From positions 1 to 35,982 of the IMG/VR virus record IMGVR_UViG_3300012940_001461: a DNA stretch of 35,982 nt; one strand, written 5' to 3'. Positions 27,271 to 35,549 of this stretch are shown piece by piece. The position numbers and the translations under genes were made by a program. Positions within the stretch are counted from its first letter, which is position 1; each line of letters opens with the position of its first letter. The DNA is from a virus. Its lineage: Duplodnaviria > Caudoviricetes. The notes below the pieces were generated by a model, which saw only the letters and a program-made list of their open reading frames with translations, searched no databases and was not told where the DNA came from.

Positions 27271-27486
27271 ATGGATACCGCAGAACGCGACAGACAGCTG
27301 AAGGAACAGCGTAAAGCTCGATTTGAGGCAGATTTTGAGCTGCACCACCAACCCGGACACACTCCGGCACCAGAGGCCAGAATCGCTACTGCAGCCGAGT
27401 ATTCGGCGTTTCAGCTAGGTCGTATTCGGATAGCCCTAGAGCAGATCGCATCTTTGCTGGAAGATCAGAAAAAGACGTCCCCATGA
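27271..27486 (+). CDS. Hypothetical protein (71 aa)
   Basis: GGAGGA RBS; RIATAAEYSAFQLGRI. Confidence 0.65.
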   Translation: MDTAERDRQLKEQRKARFEADFELHHQPGHTPAPEARIATAAEYSAFQLGRIRIALEQIASLLEDQKKTSP

Positions 27487-27648
27487 GGTGAAGCGATTCA
27501 AGAAAATCAAAGCCAGCGCCCACGAGGGTGTCTACATCCTCTGGGTTTACGCAGGTCCTTTTCTTCATCTTTGATAGCTCCATGGGCGTCTGGGCAACCA
27601 GGCGCCCTTTCTATTTAGAGCAGCGCGGGAGGGGTGTCGAGAAAAAAT

Positions 27649-27697
27649 ATACTCTCGTGCATTTTTATGCTTGACAGAATATGCATAGACGTATAAT
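27649..27697 (+). promoter_or_regulatory. pL/oL-like early promoter with three operators
   Basis: TTGACA 27671 and TATAAT 27692 (15-bp spacer); operators ATACTCTCGTGCAT 27649, ATGCTTGACAGAAT 27667, ATGCATAGACGTAT 27681 match the cro-cI boxes. Confidence 0.78.
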
Positions 27698-27726
27698 ACC
27701 GTCTCATCCAAACACGGAGAGACGAG

Positions 27727-28092
27727 ATGGCCTCGGCCCCTTCCTTCCACCCGGTTCAGCCCTTCCTCGATGCGATCCCGGTTGATCTGCCTTTCGTGGT
27801 CGGCCGGGCGATCAGCTACCGCCGGCAGAACTATCCCGCTGTAACGGCGATGAAGTGGGCCCGCGAGGAAGAGCGCGCCATTGCGATGTGCGAAGCCTCC
27901 CGCGCCTACCAAGCCTCACTCGATCCCGTCACCCGCGAAATCGAAGCTCTGGAAACCCGCATGTACGTTCTGCGTGAGCGTGTGCTCGGCAAGATCGGTT
28001 ATGCGCGCGACCGCGATTACCAAGAGATGGCGAACATCACCGCTCGTCTCGCCGCGCTGCAGCCGGTCGAGTTCATGCAGGCTGCGGAATGA
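27727..28092 (+). CDS. Hypothetical protein, first gene of early operon
   Basis: GGAGA RBS downstream of pL-like promoter. Confidence 0.75.
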   Translation: MASAPSFHPVQPFLDAIPVDLPFVVGRAISYRRQNYPAVTAMKWAREEERAIAMCEASRAYQASLDPVTREIEALETRMYVLRERVLGKIGYARDRDYQEMANITARLAALQPVEFMQAAE

Positions 28093-28226
28093 CCACCATG
28101 CTCTCCCGCATCGAAAAGATCATCAGCCCTGACGATATCGCAGCGATCATTTCGCTCATCGTCTTCGCTACGCTCATCGCAATGACCGCGATCAACTGGC
28201 TGAGCTTTTGGGGAGTGCTGGCATGA
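28089..28226 (+). CDS. 45-aa membrane peptide
   Basis: Not in ORF track; ATGA overlaps both ends; one TM. Confidence 0.6.
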   Translation: MTTMLSRIEKIISPDDIAAIISLIVFATLIAMTAINWLSFWGVLA

Positions 28227-28369
28227 ACCTCCGTCACGCCATCCGCCGCAACGAGCGAGAAGCCGTAAGGCTCGCTCAAGCCAACCAGTCCCGCAAGGCC
28301 CGCAGGCATGTAGAGCGCGCTGAACAATTGCGCGTCTGCGTGAAGATCAGGAAGGAGATGCGGTCGTGA
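28223..28369 (+). CDS. 48-aa Arg-rich protein
   Basis: Not in ORF track; GGGAG RBS; MNLRHAIRRNEREAVRLAQANQSRKARRH...; overlaps both neighbours. Confidence 0.6.
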   Translation: MNLRHAIRRNEREAVRLAQANQSRKARRHVERAEQLRVCVKIRKEMRS

Positions 28370-28665
28370 GTGAACAAGCAAACGCAGCGAAACGCTTCCT
28401 TTCTCTCGGCATCCAAGAGTGGGGACAAGGCGATGAGAAGCGGTCCAAGGCAGCCGAGCAATATCTGCGATCTGCTGGCTTCGATGTCATCGTTCTTCCA
28501 GCTCCGTTCAAGCACATCGTTCCGTCGATCAAAGGCAAAGATAAGTTGCCAGCCATGGCCTGGTTGCAGGAAGTTTTGCTCTCGATGCCTCGCGGAAAGT
28601 ACGAGGACGAAGCCGAGCACCTGACAAAGGCTGCCGAAGCAATCGTCCGGAGTGAAGTAGCATGA
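28366..28665 (+). CDS. Hypothetical protein
   Basis: AAGGAG RBS, GTG start, coupled. Confidence 0.65.
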   Translation: MSEQANAAKRFLSLGIQEWGQGDEKRSKAAEQYLRSAGFDVIVLPAPFKHIVPSIKGKDKLPAMAWLQEVLLSMPRGKYEDEAEHLTKAAEAIVRSEVA

Positions 28666-28856
28666 GCATCAGCGACGACAAGGTCATCCTTCACCCGGAC
28701 ACGATCAAGCAGATCGGTGACATCTGCGCCCCTCAACTCAAGGGGCTGAACGCTCGCTATGCGGACAAGCTGGAGCAGGAAGCCGATCGGCTTGAAATCG
28801 AGGCCGAAACAAAGCGCTACCTCGCGAAACTAATTCGTACAGGAGTAACAGGATGA
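28662..28856 (+). CDS. Hypothetical protein
   Basis: ATGA coupling both ends. Confidence 0.65.
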   Translation: MSISDDKVILHPDTIKQIGDICAPQLKGLNARYADKLEQEADRLEIEAETKRYLAKLIRTGVTG

Positions 28857-29593
28857 ACCAGGTTGCACGCAAAGAGCCGGATGCGGTTCCGGTCCAACAG
28901 TCGGAGGCGAGCGCCTTTATCAACATGATCGAGCGCGCGGCGCGCGATCCAAATGTTGATATGGACAAGATGGAACGCCTGCTCGCGATGAAAGAGCGGC
29001 AGGATGCCCGCGCGGCCGAACAGGCTTTCGCCGAGGCGATGACGAAGGCGCAGGCCGAAATGCGCCCGGTCGCGGCGGATGCCAACAACCCGCAGACGCG
29101 AAGCCGCTATGCCTCGTACATGGCATTGGATCGAGCCATGCGGCCGATCTACACCAAGCATGGCTTTGCGCTGTCATTCAATACCGACATTGCGCCGACA
29201 GAAGGAACGCTGATCGTCGGCTGCAGCGTCATGCACTCGGCTGGCTATACCCGCCATTACAGTGTGCCGATGCCAGCGGATGGCAAGGGCGCCAAGGGTG
29301 GCGACGTGATGACCAAGACGCATGCCGTCGGTGCCGCCATGACTTACGGCCAGCGCTACTTGCTCAAGATGATCTTCAACGTTGCCGTTGGGGAAGACAA
29401 TGACGGCAACGCGCCTCGGCAGGTCGAAACCATCACCCAGAAGCAAGCGGACGAAATTCGGGATGCCATCGAAGCAGCCGGAAAGTCCCGCGACCAGTTC
29501 CTGAAACTGTTCCGTATCGAGCAGATCGAGGACCTGCGCGCAGACCTCTTCAAGACCGCAATGGACCGCATCAAAGGAAAGCCGCAGCAATGA
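28853..29593 (+). CDS. ERF-family ssDNA-annealing recombinase
   Basis: SRYA, GAAMTYGQRY, EDNDGN motifs. Confidence 0.9.
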   Translation: MNQVARKEPDAVPVQQSEASAFINMIERAARDPNVDMDKMERLLAMKERQDARAAEQAFAEAMTKAQAEMRPVAADANNPQTRSRYASYMALDRAMRPIYTKHGFALSFNTDIAPTEGTLIVGCSVMHSAGYTRHYSVPMPADGKGAKGGDVMTKTHAVGAAMTYGQRYLLKMIFNVAVGEDNDGNAPRQVETITQKQADEIRDAIEAAGKSRDQFLKLFRIEQIEDLRADLFKTAMDRIKGKPQQ

Positions 29594-30216
29594 CCATTCA
29601 GATCTTCGACTGCGAACAGAACTCGCCTGAATGGTATCAGGCGCGCCTTGGTATTCCGACTGCCTCGGAGTTCAAGACCCTCATCAGCGTCAAGAAGGAC
29701 GCGAAGGATAAGGTCACTCGCCAGACATACATGCGCAAGCTGGCCGGCGAAATCATTACCGGAGAACCGATGGACAGCTACTCCAATGTCCACATGGAGC
29801 GCGGCAAGGAAATGGAGGACGAGGCGCGCGAGCACTACGCCTTTTCCGTCAATGCCGAGCCACGCCGCGTGGGCTTCATCCGATCCGGCAATAAGGGATG
29901 CTCCCCGGATTCGCTGATCGGCGACAATGGCGGGTTAGAGATCAAGACCGCTCTGGCACACATCCAGATCGAACGGCTGGAGAAGGACGAATTGCCGCCC
30001 GAACACCGGGCCCAAGTTCAGGGCGCGCTCTGGATTGCCGAGCGCGAATGGTGGGATTTCGTCAGCTACTCGCCGAAGCTCCCGCTGTTCGTGAACCGGG
30101 TCTATCGCGACGAGGAATATATCAAGGCGCTGGCCGCCGCGGTAGACGAGTTCAACACTGAGCTTAGCATCATGGTGGAGCGCATCCGCCGCTACGGCGT
30201 GCAGGAGGCCGCATGA
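29590..30216 (+). CDS. Lambda-exonuclease/YqaJ-family exonuclease
   Basis: EQNSPEW...RLG..TAS, GCSPD, LEIK, QVQG.LW. Confidence 0.92.
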   Translation: MTIQIFDCEQNSPEWYQARLGIPTASEFKTLISVKKDAKDKVTRQTYMRKLAGEIITGEPMDSYSNVHMERGKEMEDEAREHYAFSVNAEPRRVGFIRSGNKGCSPDSLIGDNGGLEIKTALAHIQIERLEKDELPPEHRAQVQGALWIAEREWWDFVSYSPKLPLFVNRVYRDEEYIKALAAAVDEFNTELSIMVERIRRYGVQEAA

Positions 30217-30368
30217 AGCCCCGCGCCATCCAGCCGCGCCAAGTCAGCCAAGCCGTCCGTGATCACATGAAACGGATCGACGCGCGCCGCCGCTGGATAC
30301 GCAGGCTCAACAAGATGCGCAGGCGCGCTGGGAAGGTCGTCGGATTTGCCAAGAGGGCTGCAGCATGA
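30213..30368 (+). CDS. 51-aa highly basic protein
   Basis: Not in ORF track; AGGAGG RBS; ARRRWIRRLNKMRRR; ATGA overlaps both ends. Confidence 0.6.
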   Translation: MKPRAIQPRQVSQAVRDHMKRIDARRRWIRRLNKMRRRAGKVVGFAKRAAA

Positions 30369-30877
30369 AGGAAATTCCGCCAGTAGCATTCACATGGGAC
30401 GGCGAAGCCATGGTTCCTGTGCATCCGCGTCTGGCGGATAAGCACTTCGTCGTTGGAATGCGCTATCCCCTCGTCGTTCATGAGGACCGGTCAGCGGTTT
30501 CGCATCGGCACTATTTCGCCAGCATCAACGAAGCGCACCACAATCTGCCGGAAGACCTGGCTGATCGCTTTCCTACACCCGAAGCCCTTCGCAAGTTCGC
30601 TCTGATCAAAGCCGGATACCGCAACGAGCGATCCATGGTATGCTCATCCAAGGGTGAGGCCATGCGCTTCGCCGCCTTCGTGAAGCCGATGGATGACTTC
30701 GCTGTGGTGGATACCGATGGCCTTGTTGTCACCGTCTATACAGCCAAGTCGCAGTCCATGCGGGCCATGAACAAAGCAGAATTCCAGCGCAGCAAGGACG
30801 ATGTGCTGCGGGTGATTTCCGAGATGATCGGAACTGATGCCGCCACACTGCAAAAGCACGCGGGGATGGCAGCATGA
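30365..30877 (+). CDS. NinB/DUF1367-like recombination accessory protein
   Basis: RS..SHRHYFA and KSQS..AM...EF pattern; in recombination module. Confidence 0.55.
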   Translation: MKEIPPVAFTWDGEAMVPVHPRLADKHFVVGMRYPLVVHEDRSAVSHRHYFASINEAHHNLPEDLADRFPTPEALRKFALIKAGYRNERSMVCSSKGEAMRFAAFVKPMDDFAVVDTDGLVVTVYTAKSQSMRAMNKAEFQRSKDDVLRVISEMIGTDAATLQKHAGMAA

Positions 30878-31269
30878 GCAAGTCCCACATTCCCCTGAAG
30901 GTGAAGCTCGCGGCTGCGCTCCTAACCATGAAGCGCCCAAACGAAGATGGCGTGCTTGTCTATGTCATCGGCTACGAGCAATCGAAGAACATGACAGCCG
31001 ATCAGATCATCGCTCATTTCCACTTCGACCATTATCCGATCCGCGAGGCCGATGGTGGGCCGACCGAGCCATGGAACATCACGCCGCGTCCCGTCGCGGA
31101 GCACCGCGAGAAGACCGCGAAGATCGACATCCCGCAGCTTGCGAAGCAGAAGCGATTGCGCGGTGAAACACGCAACGGGCCGAAGAAGAAAATCGCAGCG
31201 CGTGTCGATCCTTGGCCGAAAGGCCGCAAGCTTCAATCGCGCGGATTTTCGCGCAATGCAGTGATCTAG
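30874..31269 (+). CDS. HNH-like nuclease-fold protein
   Basis: FDHYPI...GG.....N.......HREKT. Confidence 0.6.
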   Translation: MSKSHIPLKVKLAAALLTMKRPNEDGVLVYVIGYEQSKNMTADQIIAHFHFDHYPIREADGGPTEPWNITPRPVAEHREKTAKIDIPQLAKQKRLRGETRNGPKKKIAARVDPWPKGRKLQSRGFSRNAVI

Positions 31270-31298
31270 AGATTTCCTTTCCAACATTGGGGCGAGAG

Positions 31299-31649
31299 AT
31301 GAACTCACTTTCTTGGTTTCTTTACTTGGCGGGCCTTGTCGAGAACGTCGGCGTGACTTGCGGAATCTTTCTTGTGCTGGGCGGGCTGGTTTATGCGGGC
31401 TGGTTTATTGCGCACTACGGCATGGAAGAGGTCGAGAAAGCTCCGCCAGCGTGGCTTGGTCGCGCCCTGATTGCGGCGGTTTTCGTTGGAGTCCTCGCGC
31501 CATCCAAAAACACTATGTACGCCATAGCCGCATCAGAAGCTGGTGAGCGCCTGGTTGCTTCCAACACTGGGCAAGAGGTCTTGTCTGACGCGCAAAAGGC
31601 TCTCCAGCAATGGATCAAACGCCAGATCGAGCCGGAATCGAAGAAGTAG
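31299..31649 (+). CDS. Membrane protein
   Basis: MNSLSWFLYLA...PSKNTMYAIAASE; hydrophobic helices. Confidence 0.7.
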   Translation: MNSLSWFLYLAGLVENVGVTCGIFLVLGGLVYAGWFIAHYGMEEVEKAPPAWLGRALIAAVFVGVLAPSKNTMYAIAASEAGERLVASNTGQEVLSDAQKALQQWIKRQIEPESKK

Positions 31650-31683
31650 GCAGCTAATTCCAATTCAAAGATACGAGGCAGAT

Positions 31684-31983
31684 ATGTTTCGGGTGGGACA
31701 GAAGGTCGTGTGTGTTAGGCCGGACGCGTTAGGCATCCTTGTAGCCCGGCGCGTATACACCATAAGCCATTTCAGTTATGGCTATGACAACGGACCGCTC
31801 GCACTGCATTTGTGCGAAGTCAGCACCGGCCATTATCGCCCTCGCGGCCTTGGCGAGCGTGGATTCGCGCCAGACCGCTTCCGCCCCGTCGTCGAGAAGA
31901 AAACCGACACGGGTTTCGCGATTCTAGAAGAAATCCGGCGCCGCGAGACGATCGATGAGCGCCAGAAAATTCCAGCGCGATAA
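31684..31983 (+). CDS. Hypothetical phage protein (FRVGQKVVCV...RFRP)
   Basis: GAGG RBS; recurrent phage motif. Confidence 0.7.
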   Translation: MFRVGQKVVCVRPDALGILVARRVYTISHFSYGYDNGPLALHLCEVSTGHYRPRGLGERGFAPDRFRPVVEKKTDTGFAILEEIRRRETIDERQKIPAR

Positions 31984-31999
31984 TGGGGATTCTCCTTCC

Positions 32000-32320
32000 A
32001 TGAAACACACACCTGGGCCTTGGGGATTTGGCCGAACCTCCGATGATAGACGGATGGTCCTCGGCGACGGTGGCGAGGGTCGATATGTTTGCACGGTTCA
32101 GATTCACCAATCCCCGCGCCAGAACGGCTTGCTCGATGAGGCAGAGAGATTGGCCAACGCCCGCCTAATCGTAGCGGCACCTCTCATGCTCAAAGAGCTT
32201 GAACACATTTTGGCGCGCAGCCGCGCTAACTCACCGGACGAAGCGGAGCTGCGCAGGCAGATGGCGCTGATCGAAAGCGTCGCCCGTAACGCCATAGAAA
32301 ACGCGACAGGTAACGACTGA
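32000..32320 (+). CDS. Hypothetical phage protein (HTPGPW...NARLI.AAP)
   Basis: Recurrent phage motif. Confidence 0.72.
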   Translation: MKHTPGPWGFGRTSDDRRMVLGDGGEGRYVCTVQIHQSPRQNGLLDEAERLANARLIVAAPLMLKELEHILARSRANSPDEAELRRQMALIESVARNAIENATGND

Positions 32321-32340
32321 ATTCCTATCGAGGAAAAGAC

Positions 32341-32517
32341 ATGAAAATCAAGACGATTCAAACCCAAATCCGCAACGACATCTACGGCACTTTGGAGTGC
32401 GAAAGCTGTGGGTTTGAGCAGAAATTTGTCGGCTACGACGATGCCAATTACCGCAACAACGTCATTCCGCGCGTGAAGTGCCAATCGTGCGGCAAGGCCA
32501 CGCAAGAAGCCGCCTGA
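32341..32517 (+). CDS. 58-aa Zn-ribbon protein
   Basis: Not in ORF track; GAGGA RBS; CESC and CQSC. Confidence 0.72.
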   Translation: MKIKTIQTQIRNDIYGTLECESCGFEQKFVGYDDANYRNNVIPRVKCQSCGKATQEAA

Positions 32518-32546
32518 AACCCGGACGTTAACCGCCGTTGTACGCC

Positions 32547-32819
32547 ATGACCGACCTCGCGCCATACCTCACAAAAGCATCGCTAGCCGATGCTCTCCAA
32601 ATCTCAGAGACAACGGTCGATGAGATGGTGAAGCGTGGAGTTTTGCCGCGGCCGGTGAAGCTTTCCGCCGGCTGCGTGCGCTGGCGGTGGGCGAGCGTAG
32701 ACCAAGCGCTTGCCTCCATGGAGGAAGGACCGCAAAATTCGGTAAGTCAGAGTGAGCAAAGCGGAGTTCAACGTGCCATCCAAGCGGCGAAGGAGCGTGG
32801 GCGTGGTCGAGCTGCCTAA
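32547..32819 (+). CDS. xis: AlpA-family excisionase
   Basis: LA..L.ISETTV..MVKRG.LPRPVKL..G.VRW; overlaps int start. Confidence 0.85.
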   Translation: MTDLAPYLTKASLADALQISETTVDEMVKRGVLPRPVKLSAGCVRWRWASVDQALASMEEGPQNSVSQSEQSGVQRAIQAAKERGRGRAA

Positions 32820-33819
32820 AGGCGTTCACCGCGTCGTATCGCGGGGGCGAGAATATTTCTACTGGAGTCCGGATCGCGGCACAAAACGCGCGGCTAAGGC
32901 AATCCGCTTGCCAAGCGATCCCACAGACCCGAATTTCTGGATCGCTCTTCGGGCTGCTCAAGGCCAAGACGGGACACAAATTCTGACTGTCAATGACGTG
33001 ATCGATCGCTATGTCACGTCGCCGAAATTCACAAAGCTTACCAAGGGGACGCGCGATATGTACGCGAAGCCCCTGAAGATCCTGCGCGCCGGTTTTGGCG
33101 ACTGGAATGCATCGAAAATGCGCCCAAATCACCTCCGAGAGGTGATCGAAGGCATGGCCGATATGCCGGGCGCGGCCAACAACCTGCTGAGCGTTGCCCG
33201 CGCCTTTTCAGCATGGGGCGTTGCTCGCGATTATTTTTCGCAATCCTTCACTGACGGCGTGGAGGGATATGAGAAGTCTGGTGGCCACAAGCCTTGGACC
33301 GATAAACAGCTTGCGGCTGCGGAACAGAAACTCACCGGAATGGTCCGGCGCGGTTTCTTCCTGCTTCGCTACACCGGCCAGCGCGGGTCCGATGTCGTGC
33401 GCCTGGGAGAAACGTTCATCGATGATGGCGGCTTTCGTCTTGAGCAGCAGAAAACGGGACGCGAGATTTGGTGTCCGATTGATGACGCGCTGGCCGCCGA
33501 GATGGCAACATGGGAGCGTGTCCCCGGCCCTTATCTTCGACACTCGCGCGGCACATATAGCCGGAAGGTGCTTGACGTACATTTCGCTGAACAGCGTGAG
33601 AACATTCCGGAGCTTGCCGGCTGCACGCTTCACGGCTTGCGCGGCACTCGTGTCGTGGAATTGAGGCGCGCCGGACTGACGACGACACAGATTCAAGATC
33701 AGGTCGGCATGTCGCTTGCGATGATTGAGCGGTACTGCCGGTTTGCCGACAAGAAAGCCAGCGGCAAGGCGTCGGTCGTGAGTCTGAAAGAACGTCGGAG
33801 GCAAAATGGCGAAAATTGA
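32803..33819 (+). CDS. int: Tyrosine integrase
   Basis: TGQR, QQKTG, HGLR, IERY; the usual H/W position reads QVGM; AAGGAG RBS before GTG 32803. Confidence 0.93.
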   Translation: MVELPKGVHRVVSRGREYFYWSPDRGTKRAAKAIRLPSDPTDPNFWIALRAAQGQDGTQILTVNDVIDRYVTSPKFTKLTKGTRDMYAKPLKILRAGFGDWNASKMRPNHLREVIEGMADMPGAANNLLSVARAFSAWGVARDYFSQSFTDGVEGYEKSGGHKPWTDKQLAAAEQKLTGMVRRGFFLLRYTGQRGSDVVRLGETFIDDGGFRLEQQKTGREIWCPIDDALAAEMATWERVPGPYLRHSRGTYSRKVLDVHFAEQRENIPELAGCTLHGLRGTRVVELRRAGLTTTQIQDQVGMSLAMIERYCRFADKKASGKASVVSLKERRRQNGEN

Positions 33820-34252
33820 ACTAGTGGGCGGCCGCCACTCTGCGGAGATCGATGACTGTGACAATTGGGTTGCATCATATCGCTGGTATGAGCACCGGGT
33901 TAAGGGCTCATTGACGGTCTATGCGAAGGCATATGCTGCTGGCGATACACTCTACATGCACCGAATAATTATGAGGCCGATTCCAGATGGAATGATCGTC
34001 GATCATATCGATCGTAACGGGCTCAATAACCGGAAAGCGAACCTTCGTCTGTTAACGGCGAAGCAAAATCAGCACGCTTGGTTTCAGATGGCCGGGTGGG
34101 AGCACATACATCATGTCAAATCTAAAGGGCGCTCCTACTTCTATCACCGGCCCACTAAAACACGCCTGCCAGACGACCCCGATAGTGCAGAATTCCATGC
34201 CATGCTGCGGGATCTGAACAGCGCAGGAACGCAATCTTGGAAAACATTGTAA
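33806..34252 (+). CDS. HNH endonuclease with integrase-N-terminus-like C-terminal domain
   Basis: YMHRII...VDHIDRNGLNNRKANLR; C-terminus aligns by eye with int residues about 4-50. Confidence 0.88.
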   Translation: MAKIELVGGRHSAEIDDCDNWVASYRWYEHRVKGSLTVYAKAYAAGDTLYMHRIIMRPIPDGMIVDHIDRNGLNNRKANLRLLTAKQNQHAWFQMAGWEHIHHVKSKGRSYFYHRPTKTRLPDDPDSAEFHAMLRDLNSAGTQSWKTL

Positions 34253-35549
34253 AATTATCGGCAAAATATCCAATGAAATCAGAGGATGAGATGAAATCGC
34301 ACATCTCATCTTCCAGCGCCGCAAATACACCGGCATGCTTCACCCGCCCCTGCTCGTACAAAGCCGCGATCGGCTCCGCGCGCAGCCACTTGCCGCGAAG
34401 CGCGCGCACCGCAATCACCGGCACCGTGCTGTCAGCTTCGCGGATCACGCTGCGCACCATGTCGCCGCCCTGGTTCACTTCGACAACCAGCGCATCCGCC
34501 TCAAGCCGCCGCCACAGCGCGATCGCCTTGGCCGCCCAGCCCGCTGGCGACAGGCCGGACACTGTCTCGTCGGCAATGACGTAAATCGTGCCACTCTCGG
34601 TGCGTCCCGCCGCGACAAGCCCGCAGGCATCGGCGCCCTTTGACGCCGATGCGGGCGGATCGACGGCAACGACGATCCGCTGCAGGGACGGCGCTTCCGC
34701 GACGCGACAGCTTTCGATGCCGCTGCGCGACCACAGCGCATCCGGCCGATCGTCAACGATCTCGCCATCCAGTTCCTGCCGGCCGAGCCGCGTGCCGTCA
34801 TAGCGCTTCACCACCGTGTCGATGAAGGCCGGCGACAGATGATACGCATTCGCCCGCGTCGCCGCGCGTGTCACCGCGCTCGTCGGGTCGACCATCAATC
34901 GCTTGAGCAACGCAATCGGCCGCGGCGTGGTGGTGATCACCTGCCGCGGCCGAGCGCCAAGGCGCAGTCCGAATTGCAGCATGTCAAAGGTTGCTTCGGC
35001 ATGACGCCACTTGGCCAGTTCATCCACCCATGCGGCGGAGAATTGCGGGCCGCGCAGGCTTTCCGGATCTTCCGCCGAAAAGGCCTGCGCGATCGCTCCG
35101 TTCGTCCATTCGAGTCTCCGGCGCGTTGGCGACCAGATTGGCCGTGCAGCGCGCGGATGCACGGCCAGAAGACCGGACACGCCTTCGATCATCACCTCGC
35201 GTGTTTCATGTTCGGTCTCGCCGACAAGCGCGATGCGTCGCTCGCTTTCGCCATCCTGCTTCGGCGCATTGGCAAGGGTCTTGATCCATTCTGCGCCGGC
35301 GCGTGTCTTGCCCGCGCCACGTCCGCCGATCAAAAGCCATGTTGTCCATGGCTCGCCATTGTTGCCGACAGCGGGCGCGAGCTGATGTGCATGCGCGAAT
35401 AGTCCGAAACGCGGCTTCAATCGACGGTGCTGATCCTTCGTCAGCCGGGTGACGAATTCATTCCGAATGTCCTCTGGCCATTGCTGCCAGTCGTTCCGTA
35501 AGTTCGCGACGGAGCTCGTCGATGTCTTCCGGGATCTGGTCGTAGTCAT
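34155..35549 (-). pseudogene. GTA-type terminase large subunit, C-terminally interrupted by prophage
   Basis: GGRGAGKTRAGAEW, LRGPQF...W.DELAKW, QFGLRLG, TTTPRP, TRLGRQELDG, VVAVDPP, EVNQGG, GKWLRAEP..ALYEQG, LEDEMCDF, then 45 unrelated aa; expected SPDRxDA motif absent. Confidence 0.85.
34282..34313. other. Probable prophage attachment junction (att core)
   Basis: GAGGATGAGATG-AAATCGCA-CATCTCATCTTC: 12-bp arms (11/12 inverted match, inner 9 perfect) around an 8-bp spacer, at the point where terminase homology ends. Confidence 0.75.

Larger units (their letters stand above)
1..34301. mobile_element. Temperate P22-like podoviral prophage, left end outside window, right end inside a GTA-like terminase gene
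   Basis: Ordered lysis-tail-head-packaging-replication-immunity-recombination-xis/int modules; host terminase homology ends abruptly at about 34293. Confidence 0.93.

Noticed and set aside
34155-34292. Phage-supplied replacement C-terminus restoring the GTA terminase
   Set aside because: No SPDRxDA-like motif in the 45-aa tail, which runs antisense to the HNH gene
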